Made by a program: the position numbers and the translations under genes. From Epithemia pelagica (taxonomy: Eukaryota > Protista > Bacillariophyta), in contig OX337234.1 of the NCBI GenBank assembly GCA_946965045.2, positions 1,364,001 to 1,428,000 on the forward strand: DNA of 64,000 nt, written 5' to 3'. Each line of letters opens with the position of its first letter. Within the stretch, counting starts at the first letter, position 1. The notes under the pieces are model-generated. The model saw only the letters and a program-made list of their open reading frames with translations. It was not told the origin of the DNA and made no database searches. Positions 32,554 through 45,906 of this stretch are shown here, one piece after another.

Positions 32554-34112
32554 CTAGGACGAGGCAGTATTCCGTAACCTTCTCCGTTTGCTCGAAGGGG
32601 CCTCTCCTGTTGTCGTTGTTGTTGCATTTAGGTTGTCCTCTTCCTTGCGCGACGACGAAGCGGATCGTTTGCCTCTCCCCCGATCGGCCTTGGTAGTATT
32701 GTTGTTTCCATCACCACCGTCCTCCGGCCGGTTTCCCTCTGCACCGGCTGCCGTTTCTTCCTCTTGTGGTGGTGGTTGTTGTTCCACAGACTCTTTGGGT
32801 CCACCTTCCTGTTCCTGCGACAAGGAAGAAGCGGTCCGTCTTGTTGTTCGTTCTTCAAATGCCATGGTTCCCATGGTGCTGTCATTCAGACTGGGTTTGG
32901 TCGTCTGGCTAGAATTCGCCGGAACCGTCATTCCGGTGCGAGATTCGGCCATGGGTGAATTGGCAGCTTCTGCTGCAACAACCGTGGCGGGAGCTGCTGC
33001 TAATGCGGCTCGATGTTGTTGTTGTTGTTGTGGTGGTGGTTGTTGCGGTGGAGGTGGAGGTGGGGGTTGCCGTTGCGCGGATTTGTGCACCCGAAAGCCA
33101 AAAACACGTGGTACATAGGACGTCTCCACCGGCAAGGGATCCGGTACTAAATTGGAAAACGTCATGAGAAATAAATGAGGAAAGGTGGTTCCAAATGCTG
33201 CACCATCGACACCTGCACTGCTCGGATTGCTGTGACCTCCGCCATTGTGGTTGTTGCCACCACCACCACCGGCATTGTGATTGTTGCTGTTGCTACTGGT
33301 TCCACTCCGACTGCGCACCGGTGGAGCATGGTAAACTTCCTGACATTTGGGACAGAACAGTTTGACCGCATCGGCACCCATTTCATCTTTTAACCCTACC
33401 GGCAAGACATTTTGCAATTGACATTGGACCAAGGGACAGGTACCAAAATCCTTGGCCGCATACTGTCGAATATTTCATTGCAACCGCAAGAAATGAGCAG
33501 AAACCAAACAAGATACGATTTCAAGTCGGAAACCCATGAGTGACATCACATAATGCATGGATTGTCTCCTTCGACTGCACAACTCGTCTTGGTTGCTTAC
33601 CTTGTTGTACATGGCATCCAGTCCATGTGCCGTGATAATATACCGGGCATGTATTAATCCGTACAAGGTACAGGCCGATTGTGTCAAATGCGAGTCATCG
33701 GAATCATCCGGTCCGATACGGTCCAAAATCAAATCCAAGCAATCACTAAAATTTGAGACGCAGGCCCGCAAGCCGTACAAATTAAAGCCATCTTCAATGT
33801 AGGATCGTTCCACTTCGCAAAACATTTCATGCCCCTTGAGACCACAAAACCTGTTGGGAATATTTCAAGAAAGAAACTCAATCGTGAGGACCGATCCATG
33901 ACTTCCAGTTTGGCTACCGACCGCGTCGAGAGCATCCACCGCTGTCGTGTCGGAACAACAGATATGGTAGTCGGGGGCTGGGGCTGTCTTCAGGTGACAT
34001 CAAAAGATACGAACGAATCTTCCTGACAGCCACACATATTCCTGCACCTATCTTACCATTGGATCCATGGTTCATCTTGGCCTGACGCCGAGGAATCTTC
34101 ATTGAACGCCAT
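32554..34112 (-). CDS. CKB: Casein kinase II regulatory (beta) subunit; 3 exons (34112-34057, 33850-33601, 33462-32554)
   Basis: Splicing gives EPWIQW|FCGLKGHEMFCEVERSYIEDGFNLYGL...LYGLIHARYI...MYNK|YAAKDFGTCPLVQC...VKLFCPKCQEVY...DGAAFGTTFPHLF...YVPRVFGF. Both introns are GT-AG and preserve frame. Confidence 0.96.
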
Positions 34113-34350
34113 GATGTTAGGAAATGTGTGCTGATACGACTCTATTTAATTCTCATCTATGCTCCAAAACCTTCGTGGCAGCACACTTGGTGCATGTGAA
34201 AAAGAGGCACACGCAAATCTTTGTGTTTCGTTTCGATTTCATGGAAGGTGTCGCATCGACAAATCGCTTCTGGATATGCATCATGTTACTCCCGAGAACA
34301 GCATGTTGTTTTGTGATGAAAGAATATCTTTCATTCGGATATATCGATAT

Positions 34351-37300
34351 CTAGGGTGTGGAGGGAGCTACCCCACGAAGAAGAAAATACGCACAGTAAT
34401 TAGAGCTCCGGCTTGATAAAGCGTGCATTTCAGCATCCAAGATGAGAAGCTTGTGTGCACTGTTGATGCTGCCTTTGTCAACAACCAAGGCTTGAATCTG
34501 ATGGTAAAGCTTCTTTATTTCTTGATACTTGGATCTACGCCAGAAAAAACGTTTCTTCGAACGCGACGTTTTCAGCGTGTGAATTTCCAGCAGACAGAAG
34601 AAAAAGGTACGTTGTTGGTCGGGCCAAAGGGAAACCGTTGCCGAGGGAGTGTTCTCTTTCAAGTATGTCATCAAGTTTTTTGCCAACTCAAACTCTTCGC
34701 AGTAAAGTGTCATTTGCATGCGCAACGACGCTTCCGTGAACTCCCCTGAGCCCTTATTGCCATACGTCCAACCTAACTTCGAGCGCAACTTAAACAATGG
34801 GCCTTGGTTAATAAGGAGAATGTCTTCCGCATATCCCAAAAGATTCACAACACATTGATGCAACGGTAGCATCATTAACAATATCGCATCTTGTCCATAA
34901 TCTGCTAGGTCTGCTGTCATCTTCTCACAATCTTGCAAAAGCGCACCTGACAGAGGAAACGACCTTGTGATCAGCTTGCGGGATTTGATGAAGACTCGGA
35001 AGTTGAGCACGAGCTACTTACCAAGTGGCAACCCAGAGTAGAACCGGAGGGAAACGTACATGAGAATAGCCTACAAAAGAAAACAGTGAGGGAACATGGC
35101 ATGGACACAAACTTCTCACATTCTGATGATCGCAAACTGATTACGTACTGAAAATCCTGAAGTCGTATCTCCATGCCTCAAACCATAATTGAAAGCTTCC
35201 AGAGCGTGGTCTGTCAAACTTGACAAGCTTTCACTCCAGTGGAGGACCAAACAGCAATACATCAGAACTCTAGAACGCGCGCTGCCGTTGAAGCCTGGTA
35301 CATCTAACAGTGTTCTTGATAATTTAGCAAATCTTTGGGCAAGTTCAATTTCACCAGAGCTTGCAAGACGGGCTCCAAGGAACGAGAGTCCAACCGACGA
35401 TTCTGAGCACAGACCATGGTCAAGCGTTAAGTTCACCATGCATGTAACGATGGCATCAAGTTGTAGATTGTCTTTCTTTGAGGATATTATTTGCTCTGTT
35501 GTCATGAATCCGAGTATTTCCATCGCTGCAAGTTCTTCTTTTCTTGTCATACGACACAATGACAATATGTCTTCATCAGAGAGTGCTCTTAATCTTTGTT
35601 TCAAATCACCAGATGCACGTTCACCATATTCTTTCGTCGGTTCTGTTGGAAGAAATATTCCCAACATCTTAAATAGTTCAACTGTACCTGCATATCTTTT
35701 CTCAATTTTCTTCTCTCTAATCGGAGCACGAGTCAAAGCAACGTGAACGCGAAGTTTGGCATCAATGGTCTTTCCATTGGAAAGTACTTCTTTCGAAATC
35801 ATTGCAAGCTTCTCCACGTTCCCCGTAATAGAGTAGATCTCCGACAGTGATGTAGCAAGCTCCAATGTCACCGAATAGCAGTCGACCCAACAGTTCTCAC
35901 GGTCAACTTGATTGAATCCGAGTTCAGCATACCTCATTGCCGGAACAAAGGCAGACATTCTGGAGGCCGCTTTAGAAGCCATCAAATTGAGCTTAGCCAG
36001 GTTCGCTCTCTCATTGCTCTCGAATATCAGAGCACTGGCAAGGTTCAAGTGGTTGACGCAAGCAAACAAAACGTTGCTATCGGCAATGGCTTTCTCAGTT
36101 GCGTCGTCGAGTTGTTTCCGTAGCTCTCGGCCCATCATCAGATGAGATTCATGTGCGTTCGTGTTGAGTTCAGTTGCTACTTGATAAACCTTGTCGTGAA
36201 CAAACTTTAAACGTCCTCGAAATGATTCCAGAAGTCCCTCTTTTGTAAGAACTCCAAGCAACATCTGAATGTCTTCAACACTTACACCCTTTATGTTTCG
36301 AAAAACTGACATAACCAGTTCCTGATCAGTTCGGAAACCCAGCAGACTGCAAAATTGGAGAAATTCACAAACATCTTCGGGAAGGCCCCTTATTTTGGTA
36401 ATCACAATGTCAATCATATTTTCTGATAGATTTGTAAGGTCCTGGATTCTGTTGAGATTCCATGTCCAGCAAAACTTGAGGGTATCATATGTCAGCAATT
36501 CAGCGGCTTGCAGGTAGTCCAAAATTTCCAAAACGTAAAAGATGTTTCCATCTGTTCGTCTATGAAGTAATTCCGCAAGCTCCTGGACTCGCTTGATGCG
36601 CTCCTTGTGGTGATCACTTATGCCGAACACAACTTGCAGCATGTTTGATAAATCAGTCGAAGTCAGGTTGGTGATGGTGATATGAATCGGGTGGGGTAAG
36701 CTACAAATGAACCCCTTCACCATGTGAGCATCGGAGACTTCGTCAATACGAAACGAACCAACAAAAAGAAAGTGTCTTAGTGCGCAGTTGAGTGACATCG
36801 TCAATACGAAACGAACCAACAAAAAGAAAGTGTCTTAGTGCGCAGTTGAGTGACATGGCTTTTAGGACTTCGAACGATGCAGCATCAATCCACTGCAAAT
36901 CGTCCCAAAAGAAGACAATCGGAGTTTCTTTCGTCGCAACAGCAGCGAAAAAGTTCCGTATTATGAATTTCAGGCGTTCAATATCGTTTGCAGATTGAAG
37001 GAGAGTCAGATCATTGGAATCATCTTCTTCGTGATATTCAATTGTGCCCATGACGTTGACCAGTTTGGGAGCTACTCGAGCCAAAATCCCAATTTCTTGT
37101 TTGTTCAGTACACTTCGAATCTGAGCTGGGTACGAAAATTGGCTGGTATCATTGTCTCGAGTTGAATCTTCACACAGCAAGGCCGCCATAGCATGGCATA
37201 GCTCATTGAGACACATTGTCAGAACAGCAAAGGGCCGATGACCTCCCCTTTCAAATTTTCCTGAACAGAACAAGCATGATTCGTCCTGAAACGTCGTTCG

Positions 37301-37675
37301 AACAAGTGTTGTCTTTCCGGTCCCCGATTCTCCTTGGACAAAGATGAATGACCGACCCGACTCTCTTCCGAAGACATTATCTTCGTTGTTGGATTCATTC
37401 TTTTCCACTGCTTCAAAAAAGGTGATTCTGGATTGGTTTGGAGCACTGTCGCTTGATGAACGATTCAGAGTCTCGTTCTGGTCAAGGTGCTGTCTTTCAC
37501 CCTGATGGCTGAAACTTCGAATGTCCTTAAGTGAACTTTTCAGCAGAACAAGTTCTGCATTCCTTCCGTGGATCTTTGATTGGCAACGTTCACTCAAACG
37601 ATAGCTGTTCGACGTATGACTGCTCGCAATAGGCGTAATGGAGGAGCCCTCCATGAAACTCGTATCTTGTATCAT
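34351..37675 (-). pseudogene. AAA-ATPase (COG3899-like) + helical/TPR protein, copy A: 58-bp frameshifting duplication and truncated 3' end
   Basis: IHGRNAEL, VQGESGTGKT, FFWDDLQWID, GNIFYV, FVHDKV, HLNLA. The 58-bp tandem unit is at 36740-36797 and 36798-36855. Two GT-AG introns near 35.0-35.15 kb. Sequence diverges from copy B after ALSSRS and lacks the last exon. Confidence 0.82.
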
Positions 37676-37789
37676 CGATCAACCCGTTAAATATCAAATT
37701 CCAAATTCCCAATTCCCCCAAGACGAGTCACAGTCACAACCCCTAGTCCCCAAATCCAAAAGATCAAAATAAATCCGTACTCCCTACCA

Positions 37790-38340
37790 TGTTTCTCAAC
37801 TTTCAAGAGCAGGACGACAAGGTTATCGCCGTCACATTAAGGGTTTGTGTGGTAACTTTGTGGGTGGTTGTTCCCGTGGCTGATAATGATGATGATGATG
37901 TGTTTTGGCTAAATGCAAGCTCTGATGATGACGAAACAGCAGGATTTCTTAGAGAATTTAATGCAGTCACCAATTTCGTCTGGAGATGAAACTCAACCAA
38001 GAAAAGTACCAGGGCGAACAGTACGATCAGTCCATGGCAAACCTTGATAGAGAATGTGCCCAAAAAGGACGACCACGATGGATGGTGTATGAATGACCCT
38101 GGAGGCTACTATGGTTCCTCAAGAACGAATTTCGACTTGTCGTTCGTTGGAAAGACCACATCCGCTGCGTGTTGGGTCATGAAGAAGAAGACGCAAACAA
38201 AAGAGAAGAATAGAATAGAAGATGATAATGATGACAAGTCCAACAAGCCCATTTGGAAGAAGGAATGCCAGAAGCTGGTGGCATCTACGGTGGCCGCGCA
38301 GACGAAAGACGAAACCATCACTCCCAGAAAATTAACCCCC
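37790..38340 (-). pseudogene. Truncated duplicate of the 5' end and upstream region of the sulfotransferase gene at 44134-45906
   Basis: KVCHGLIVLFALVLFLVEFHLQTKLVT..LRNPAVSSSSE matches KVSHGLIVLIVLVLFLVQVHFQTKLVT..LRKPSVSSSSE; upstream DNA 38110-38340 matches ~45840-46105. Confidence 0.85.
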
Positions 38341-38519
38341 AGCAGGGAATATTAGTGAGGTCGCGTGTGTGTCGTGTTTTTTGGTGTCCACTGAGTAGGA
38401 CTTTGCACACCTCCGAATCACTAATCCTCATGACTTGCAACCTCTGGGGAGTATCTAGAAGGGGTGGCTACTCCGAAAACTCATGCCACCATCGTACCAC
38501 CGGTACCTTGGGAGCCAGC

Positions 38520-39299
38520 ATGGAGAACATCAATGATGGAGATGAAGATCACGTGGACGAAGCCTTTGAGCGCCACATACAAGACTCCGTTGTTTGGGTT
38601 GGTGACTGTCATTTCATCGACCAATCATGGGTGGGCCTTGGAGAATTGGAGCCGATCAAGCCTGACCCGGAGCGCCCCCTCGTGTTACACACGTGTTTAC
38701 GTCATGAAGAAGGAAGTCCAAAGGCCGGTTATTCCTATGCACATGATCGCCATCCATTTGTCGCCTTCCTTCACTTGCTCGACACGGCGGAACCCGGGTC
38801 AGACTTTTTCAGGTCCATTCCATTCCTGGGAGACTTTGATGCTATTGACCAGCTTTGCTACTACGCAAATCCAGAATATGGAGGTCTCCAAATCTACATT
38901 GTTTTGGGACCCAAGGACTGGAATGTAGGAACCCTCGAGAGATTTGTCGGCCGCAGCAGAAGTCGCGAGGAGGCGGTGAGTCGTCTGCACATGAAGCGTT
39001 TTGGCCATGACCAACATTGGAGTACAGCGACGTACTCCCATTCGAACGCAATGGTATCTTCCAACGGGGCGATGGTCGGGTCATACAGCCTCACTGGAGC
39101 GGCTCGCCTACGGCATACGGAACATTCTGTTCTACTCGGCCGGGAGTCAAACATTGAAGGGTTTCAGAACGAGCTTCGGCAATTGTGGGGCGACATCAAT
39201 ACACCAGAGATAAAAATCTCTCGAACGCCGTCTTCAACCAAAGATGCTCCACCCGCTGCTGATAAAGTACGCAATCCGTACAAAAAACGGAAGAAATAA
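38520..39299 (+). CDS. Single-domain phospholipase D/Nuc-like protein with degenerate HxK motif (259 aa from ATG 38520)
   Basis: SIPFLGDFDAIDQL...YIVLG...YSHSNAMVSSNGAMVGSYSLTGAARLRHTEH follows the PLD pattern HxK-x4-D...GSxN...E with HSN in place of HxK. Confidence 0.6.
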   Translation: MENINDGDEDHVDEAFERHIQDSVVWVGDCHFIDQSWVGLGELEPIKPDPERPLVLHTCLRHEEGSPKAGYSYAHDRHPFVAFLHLLDTAEPGSDFFRSIPFLGDFDAIDQLCYYANPEYGGLQIYIVLGPKDWNVGTLERFVGRSRSREEAVSRLHMKRFGHDQHWSTATYSHSNAMVSSNGAMVGSYSLTGAARLRHTEHSVLLGRESNIEGFQNELRQLWGDINTPEIKISRTPSSTKDAPPAADKVRNPYKKRKK

Positions 39300-40230
39300 T
39301 GCAGATTCTACAGGCAGATTTCTATTCGGGGTAAGCTTGCGACTGTTTGCTGCGAGACCTCACCCTCCGTCAGTTGTAGCAACCAGTCTTGTATCATGCA
39401 ATAGAAATCTGGGAACTCTCTGTCAACCTCTCAAATTGCCTAAGTCAAACGCCATACAGGTTCTGTGCTTTTTTGCAACCCTGATGGATCTCAGCCAAGA
39501 ACTCCAGTCGAAAAACTATTGAACTATCTCCGCAATCTGATCACAACATTTTTCTTATATTGCTGTTTTTGGAGAATGTGTATCATTTGCGGACCCAAAA
39601 AGTAGGCTGTATCACTAGCGAACTCCGTATGAAGCTTCAACATCCGCTTGGTGGGAACTGCCATTTCTGCCGTACGAGCGTCGTCGAGAACCGGTGTTTT
39701 GTTGATTACGGGTACTTTCTCGCCGCTGCTTGAAGACTCGACTGTCAAATCCAAATTTGCACCTCCTCCTTTTCCAGCCACGTCTCCAAGACCACTTATC
39801 ACTACTTGCTCAGTTTCCATGTCAAAGTATCTTCAGCAGACAGGTCAATCGCAATCAAAGGGCTGCTTCTCTCCCGGATGGCGACTTCGTCGTTGTTGGT
39901 ATGTACTACCTGCAGCTACATGGCCGAAAAGTGTGGATATGCACCGAGAAATCCTGCCACCGTTCACAGTCAATTCGGCAAGTTTAAAACGAGGAAGAGT
40001 CGCTACTAGCTAGGCTTCAATCCGAAGCAAGAAGCTGATTGACATAGGTACGGATGAAGAAGAGGCAGGCGCTGCTGCCATTGAGGTCGGACACGACGAC
40101 CTTGCACCGACCGTTCTTGACAAACACGCCGACGCTTTCTCTCTTGGTTTCTCGAGCGGTTGAGGTGCTCTATGTTAATTGGCCATCACATTCCGTCCGA
40201 CTTTGCCACCTTCCAGTACTAGCTGCCGGT

Positions 40231-43200
40231 TTAATACAAAAGATCTCTTGAACTTTCCCTCTGGTGATATTGAGAGAAATCAAGTACCTTGAGACCGTTC
40301 ACAATGGTATCATCATACCTGCTTCTGCTACGAAACCCAACGTCTGTGTAGGAAACACCACTCTTTCGTTCTGACGAGGATGCCCAAAGGTCCCGATGCC
40401 TTTCTACATAGCTCACAATTCCGCTCGCACCCCATTTATTATATAAGTCGGCCGCTCGGTCCCAGTACATATCTTTCTTTGTTGGTATGGATCGGCTAGC
40501 AAGGTGAGCAGCAAGTGCTCCATCCTGCAAAAACCCGGCTGAAACGTGATACGGGTAAGACATTCAACAAAGTCATTTTGACCAATGGCTTATGCGAACT
40601 TGTGCTAGCAGAAATGGCTACGTCATATGCGTGCTCCAACTGCTCAGTATCCGAAGAGCTCCGTGTTGATAAAGCGTGCATTTCAGCATCCAAGATGAGA
40701 AGCTTGTGCGCGCTGTTAATGCTGCCATTGTCAACAACGAAGGCTTGCATCTGGCGGTAAAGTTTCTTTATTTCTTGATGCTTCAATCTACGCCAAAAAA
40801 GACCTTTCTTTGAAATGATTGTTGGTCGGGCCAAAGGGTAACCGTCGCCGACGGAGTGTTCTCTTTCAAGTATGTCATCAAGTTTTTCGCCAACTCAAAC
40901 TCTTCGCAGTATAGTGCCATTTGCATGCGCAACGACGCTTCCGTGAACTCCCCTGAGCCCCTATTGCCATACGTCCAACCTAACTTCGAGCGCAACTTAA
41001 ACAATGGGCCTTGGTTAATAAGGAGAATGTCTTCCGCATATCCCAAAAGATTTACAACACTCTGTTGGAACGGTAGCATCATTAACAATATGGAATGTTG
41101 TCCATAATCTGCTAGGCCTGCTGCCATCTTCTCACAATCTTGCAAAAGTGCACCTGATAGAAGAAACGGACTTATGATAAGCTTTGGGATTTGATGACGA
41201 ACTCTGAAGCGGAGTGCTGGGTTTCTTACCAAGTGGCAGACCAGAGTAGAACCGGAGGGAAACGTACACGAGAATAGCCTAAAAAACAAGATGATGAGGA
41301 CACACTGCACGACAACAGATTCCTCATATTCCGACGATCAAAAATTGATGACGTACTGAAAATCCTGAAGTCGTATCTCCATGCCTCAAACCATAATTGA
41401 AAGCTTCCAGTGCGTGGTCTGTTAAACTTGACAAGCTTTCACTCCAATGGAGTACCAAACAGCTGGCCATCAGAACTCTAGGACGTGCGCTGCCTTTGAG
41501 GCCTGGTACATCTAACAGTGTTCTTGATAATTTTGCAAATCTTTGAGCAAGTTCAATTTCACCAGAACCTGCAAGACGCGCTCCAAAAAATGAGAAGCCG
41601 ACCAACGATTCTGAACACAGCCCGTGGTCAAGTGTTAATTTCACCATGCACGTAAGAACGGAATCAAGATGCACACACTCTTTCTTGCAGGATAAAACTT
41701 GCTCTGTTGTCATGGAACCAAGTATTTCCATCGCTCCAAGTTCTTCTTTTGTCGTCAAACGACGCAATGACAATATGTCTTCATCAGAGATTGTTCGTAA
41801 TCTTTCTTTCAAACTAGCAGTTGCACGTTCAACATATTTTTTCGTGGGTTCCTCTGGAAGAAATATACCCAACACCTTAAGAAGTTCAACTGAGTCTGCA
41901 TACCTTTTCTCAATTTTCTTCTCTCCAATAGGAGCTCGAGTCAAAGCAACGTGAACGCGAAGTTTAGCATCAATGGTCTTCGCATTCGAAAGTACTTCTT
42001 TCGAAATCCTTGCAAGCTTCTCCATGTTCCCCGTAATAGAGTACACCTCAGATAGTGATGTAGCAAGCTCCAATGTCACCGAATAGCAGTCGACCCAACC
42101 GTTCTCAGGGTCAAGTTGATTGAATCCGAGTTCAGCGTACCTCATCGCTGGAACAAAGGCAGACATTCTAGAGGCCGCTTTAGAAGCCATCAAATTGAGC
42201 TTAGCCAGGTTCACTCTCTCATTGCTCTCGGATATCAGAGCACTGGCAAGGTTCAACTGGTTGACGCAAGCAAACAAAACGTTGCTATCGGCAATGGCTT
42301 TCCCATTTGCGCCATCGAGTTGCTTCTGTAGCTCTCTACCAATTATCAGATGAGATTCGTCTGTGTTTGTGTTGAGTTCAGTTGCTGCTTGGTAAACCCT
42401 ATCGTGAACAAACTTTAGTCGTCCTCGAAAAGATTCCAGAAGTCCCTCTTTTATAAGAACTTCAAGCAGCAACTGAATGTCTTCAACACTTACACCCTTT
42501 ATGTTGCGATAAGCCAAAATAACCAGTTCCTGATCTGTTCGGAAACCCAGCAGACTGCAAAATTGGAGAAATTCACGAACATCTTCGGGGAGGCCCCTAA
42601 GTTTGGTAATCACAATTCCAATCATATTTTCTGATAAATTTGTAAGGTTTGGATTCGGTTAACATTCCATATCCAGCGAAAGTTGAGGGTATCATAAGTC
42701 AGCAATTCTGCGGCTTGCAGGTAGTCCAAAATTTCCAAAACGTAGAAGATATTTCCATCTGTTCTTCGATGCAGTAATTCCGCAAGCTCCTGAACTCGCT
42801 TGATGCGCTCCTTGTGGTGATCTCTAAGGCCAAATACCACTCGCAGCATGTTTGATAAATCACTCGATGTCAGGTTGGTGGTGGTGATAAGAATCGGGTG
42901 GGGTAGGCCATTGATGAACCCCTTCACTATGTGATCATCGGAGACTTCGTCAATACGAAACGAACCAACAAAAAGAAAGTGTCTTAGTGCGCAGTTGAGT
43001 GACATGGCTTTTAGGACTTCGAACGATGCAGCATCAATCCACTGCAAATCGTCCCAAAAGAAGACAATCGGAGTTTCTTTCGATGCAACAGCAACTAGAA
43101 AGTTCCGAACAAGTGTTGTCTTTCCGGTCCCCGATTCTCCTTGGACAAAGATGAATGACCGACCCGACTCTCTTCCGAAGACATTATCTTCGTTGTTGGA

Positions 43201-43464
43201 TTCATTCTTTTCCACTGCTTCAAAAAAGGTGATTCTGGATTGGTTTGGAGCACTGTCGCTTGATGAACGATTCAGAGTCTCGTTCTGGTCAAGGTGCTGT
43301 CTTTCACCCTGATGGTTGAAAATTTGAATGCCCTTCAGTGAACTTTTCAGCAGGCGAAGTTCTGCATTCCTTCCTTGGATGTTTGATCGGCAACGTTCAC
43401 TCAAACGATTGCTGTTGGACGGACGATTGCTGACAATCGTAATGGAGGAGTCCTCCATTATCAT
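40231..43464 (-). pseudogene. AAA-ATPase + TPR protein, copy B: 114-aa in-frame deletion, 1-nt frameshift (~42649), 46-nt deletion (~40815); retains the last exon
   Basis: Alignment by eye to copy A: GKTTLVR joins directly to NFLVAVA. The last exon follows a 61-nt GT-AG intron (40539-40599) and reads GFLQDGALAAHLA...AADLYNKWGASGIV. Confidence 0.82.
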
Positions 43465-44133
43465 TATCGCCTTTATCTGTGATAAGGCGTGTGGTGCGGG
43501 TATTCAGAATATATGGAAAGTTTGCATGACAAATAAACACCACACAACCAACAACCATCCTCTTTCAAGAGGAGGCCAATCAGTTTCATTCCATTGTGCT
43601 GTTTCATTCGAAAGGACAAGGCCCGACTGCCATGCTTGTTCTTTCAAGGATTTTCCGAATATCCGAAATCCCCTCTCTGGATTCAACAATCAGACTAGGT
43701 AGGTAGGTTATCTGGGATCGCAATTCGCAATAGTTAGCCTGCGCAGTATGCTAGTAGCAATTGGTACACATTACACATTAACTTTCGCCTCTAGCAATCG
43801 TCCTCCTCTAGGCACTAGAAAATGCCATTTCCTACAAGGATTGAAGGATATGCCAAGGACGAAGCCGATCTAGGCAGTTGATCGGGTTTTGCAACAGGCT
43901 GGAGTCGTCGGTGTTTCGTCTAGGTAGTGCAGAGGAAAGAGCAATTCTGGTGAAACGCTTGATGACGAATCCCTGAACAGTCTCTTGGGTACACAAACAA
44001 TAGACACAGAAGTGATGCGTTGAGCGATCCTTACAAAGAAGCCCTTGTTTCCAACTCCCGCGGACATGCTGCTGAGAAACGAGTTGGTGGTGGCTCGTGT
44101 CGTCGTCGTCGTAATCATGGATCGGTGTTGTAG

Positions 44134-45906
44134 CTACTGATACAAGTGATCGGGGTCAATCATGCTTTCCAGCACCCAGTCATACAATTGTAGATCCAAG
44201 GCATTGGCGGAGGCAATTTGCTGTCTCATCACATTTGACACATCTTGTCGTTTCCGACCTCGATTCCAATATCCCAACGTACTACGGTTCAACCAAGATG
44301 ACGAGGACAAGGAAGCGGACATGGAAGAGGAGGAGTTGTGTACCGACCATGGCATCTGTGCCCACGAGGATCCCTGTTGTTGTGGCGTCGTCGTCGTCAA
44401 GGACCATAGAAGGAGTGTATCCAGGACTCGTTCGAGACAGGATGTCAAATGGGTCAAGACACACACAAAATCCATTTCTTGAATGGTGGCCTTGGCGTCG
44501 GCGACCCAGGACTCTGCCAAAGTGGAAGTGGTAGAAGTATTGGCAGTAGTGTTGTTGTTTGTTGTTGCAGGAGTGGGAAGAATGGAGGCATACTTGTAGT
44601 GATTATACGAGGTTAACGCCGTGGATCGATTGGCAAATCGCCGTACCATATCATTGCGATATTCAAACCACAAATTGCAATAGACATCCTTGAAAACATT
44701 GGTGGGTGGGTCCCCAGCACGCGAGAATGGGCGTGGCTGCAGTTGTTGTTCTTGGTTTCGGGTCGAACGCCTCCATCTACTTGTATGACGGGATGGCGGT
44801 ATGGTCGTATTGGAACTGGTCAAGCAGGCAGGCCATTCTTGTGAAGCATGGCCATGATAGTAAAAGGCGGAAATGACTCGATCCACGGGATGTCGCAAGA
44901 CGGTCAAGGTCCAACACTGTTGCGTGTGCGTCTTTTCCGCAAAATACGGTGTCACGTGTCCTTGATGCAAGGCACCTTGATTCAGGTGATGGTTTCGTTG
45001 CGCGGCCATCGTGAGGGGCCGACGATCGTCCGTCCATGCATAGCTGGTCCAATTCCAATACCGAGCCAAGGATTGCAAGAGTCGTGACGTGGTGGTTCCA
45101 CCCACTTTGGGAACATGATAAAAAACCAGACAGGGATCGTGATGTTGGTGTCCTTGTGTACGAAACGAAGCCGAAACTCGAGGCATGGTTGGATTCATCT
45201 GGTTGCCGTCGTTTGTTGACACGGACTCCTGTTCTTGGTGTTGTTGCAGGATGACGGTTTGCCAGTATCGTGCCCGTTGTTGAATGCTTTGATATTGTTG
45301 TTGGAGAAACTGCTCGTCATTTTTCTTGTTCTTTCGGGGGCGATTGGGATTGGCAGCAGCGTTTGGTTGTTCTTGATGTGCTTGTTCTTGTTGTGCTTGC
45401 TCGTGTTCTCGTTGTGTTCGAGATAGTGGTTGCTGATGTGTTTCCGGTTGTTGCTTCTTATCGGGGGGTGGTTGCTCTTTCTCCAGTCTCGGACTGCTGT
45501 CACTGCGGTTGAGGACGTGGGTAAAAGAGGAGGACGACAAGGTTGTCGCCGCCAATTCGAGAGTTCGTCTTGATTCTTTGTTGGTGGTTCCTCTCGTGGA
45601 TGATAAGGATAATGATTGGGTGATTGCTTGCTCTGATGACGACGAAACAGAAGGCTTCCTTAGAGGGCTTGATGGAGTCACCAATTTCGTTTGGAAATGA
45701 ACCTGAACCAAGAAAAGTACCAGGACGATCAGTACGATCAGTCCATGGGAAACCTTGAGGGAGAGTATGCCCAGTAACAAACGACGACGACGACGATGAA
45801 TGGATAGTGGACGACCGTGACCCTGACGGCTAGTACTGTTCATCAAAAACGAATTTCGACTTGTCGGTCTTTGGAAAGACCAAGCACCCGCGCCTTGCTT
45901 GGTCAT
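44134..45906 (-). CDS. Type-II membrane sulfotransferase-family protein
   Basis: TM near the N-terminus, Gln-rich stem, 5'-PSB YHVPKVGGTT, 3'-PB LRHPVDRVISAFYY, and NALDLQLYDW. Confidence 0.88.
   Translation of the reverse strand: MTKQGAGAWSFQRPTSRNSFLMNSTSRQGHGRPLSIHRRRRRLLLGILSLKVSHGLIVLIVLVLFLVQVHFQTKLVTPSSPLRKPSVSSSSEQAITQSLSLSSTRGTTNKESRRTLELAATTLSSSSFTHVLNRSDSSPRLEKEQPPPDKKQQPETHQQPLSRTQREHEQAQQEQAHQEQPNAAANPNRPRKNKKNDEQFLQQQYQSIQQRARYWQTVILQQHQEQESVSTNDGNQMNPTMPRVSASFRTQGHQHHDPCLVFYHVPKVGGTTTSRLLQSLARYWNWTSYAWTDDRRPLTMAAQRNHHLNQGALHQGHVTPYFAEKTHTQQCWTLTVLRHPVDRVISAFYYHGHASQEWPACLTSSNTTIPPSRHTSRWRRSTRNQEQQLQPRPFSRAGDPPTNVFKDVYCNLWFEYRNDMVRRFANRSTALTSYNHYKYASILPTPATTNNNTTANTSTTSTLAESWVADAKATIQEMDFVCVLTHLTSCLERVLDTLLLWSLTTTTPQQQGSSWAQMPWSVHNSSSSMSASLSSSSWLNRSTLGYWNRGRKRQDVSNVMRQQIASANALDLQLYDWVLESMIDPDHLYQ

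Noticed and set aside
39524-39820. 98-aa minus-strand ORF downstream of ATPase copy B
   Set aside because: No motif or splice link to neighbours could be supported.
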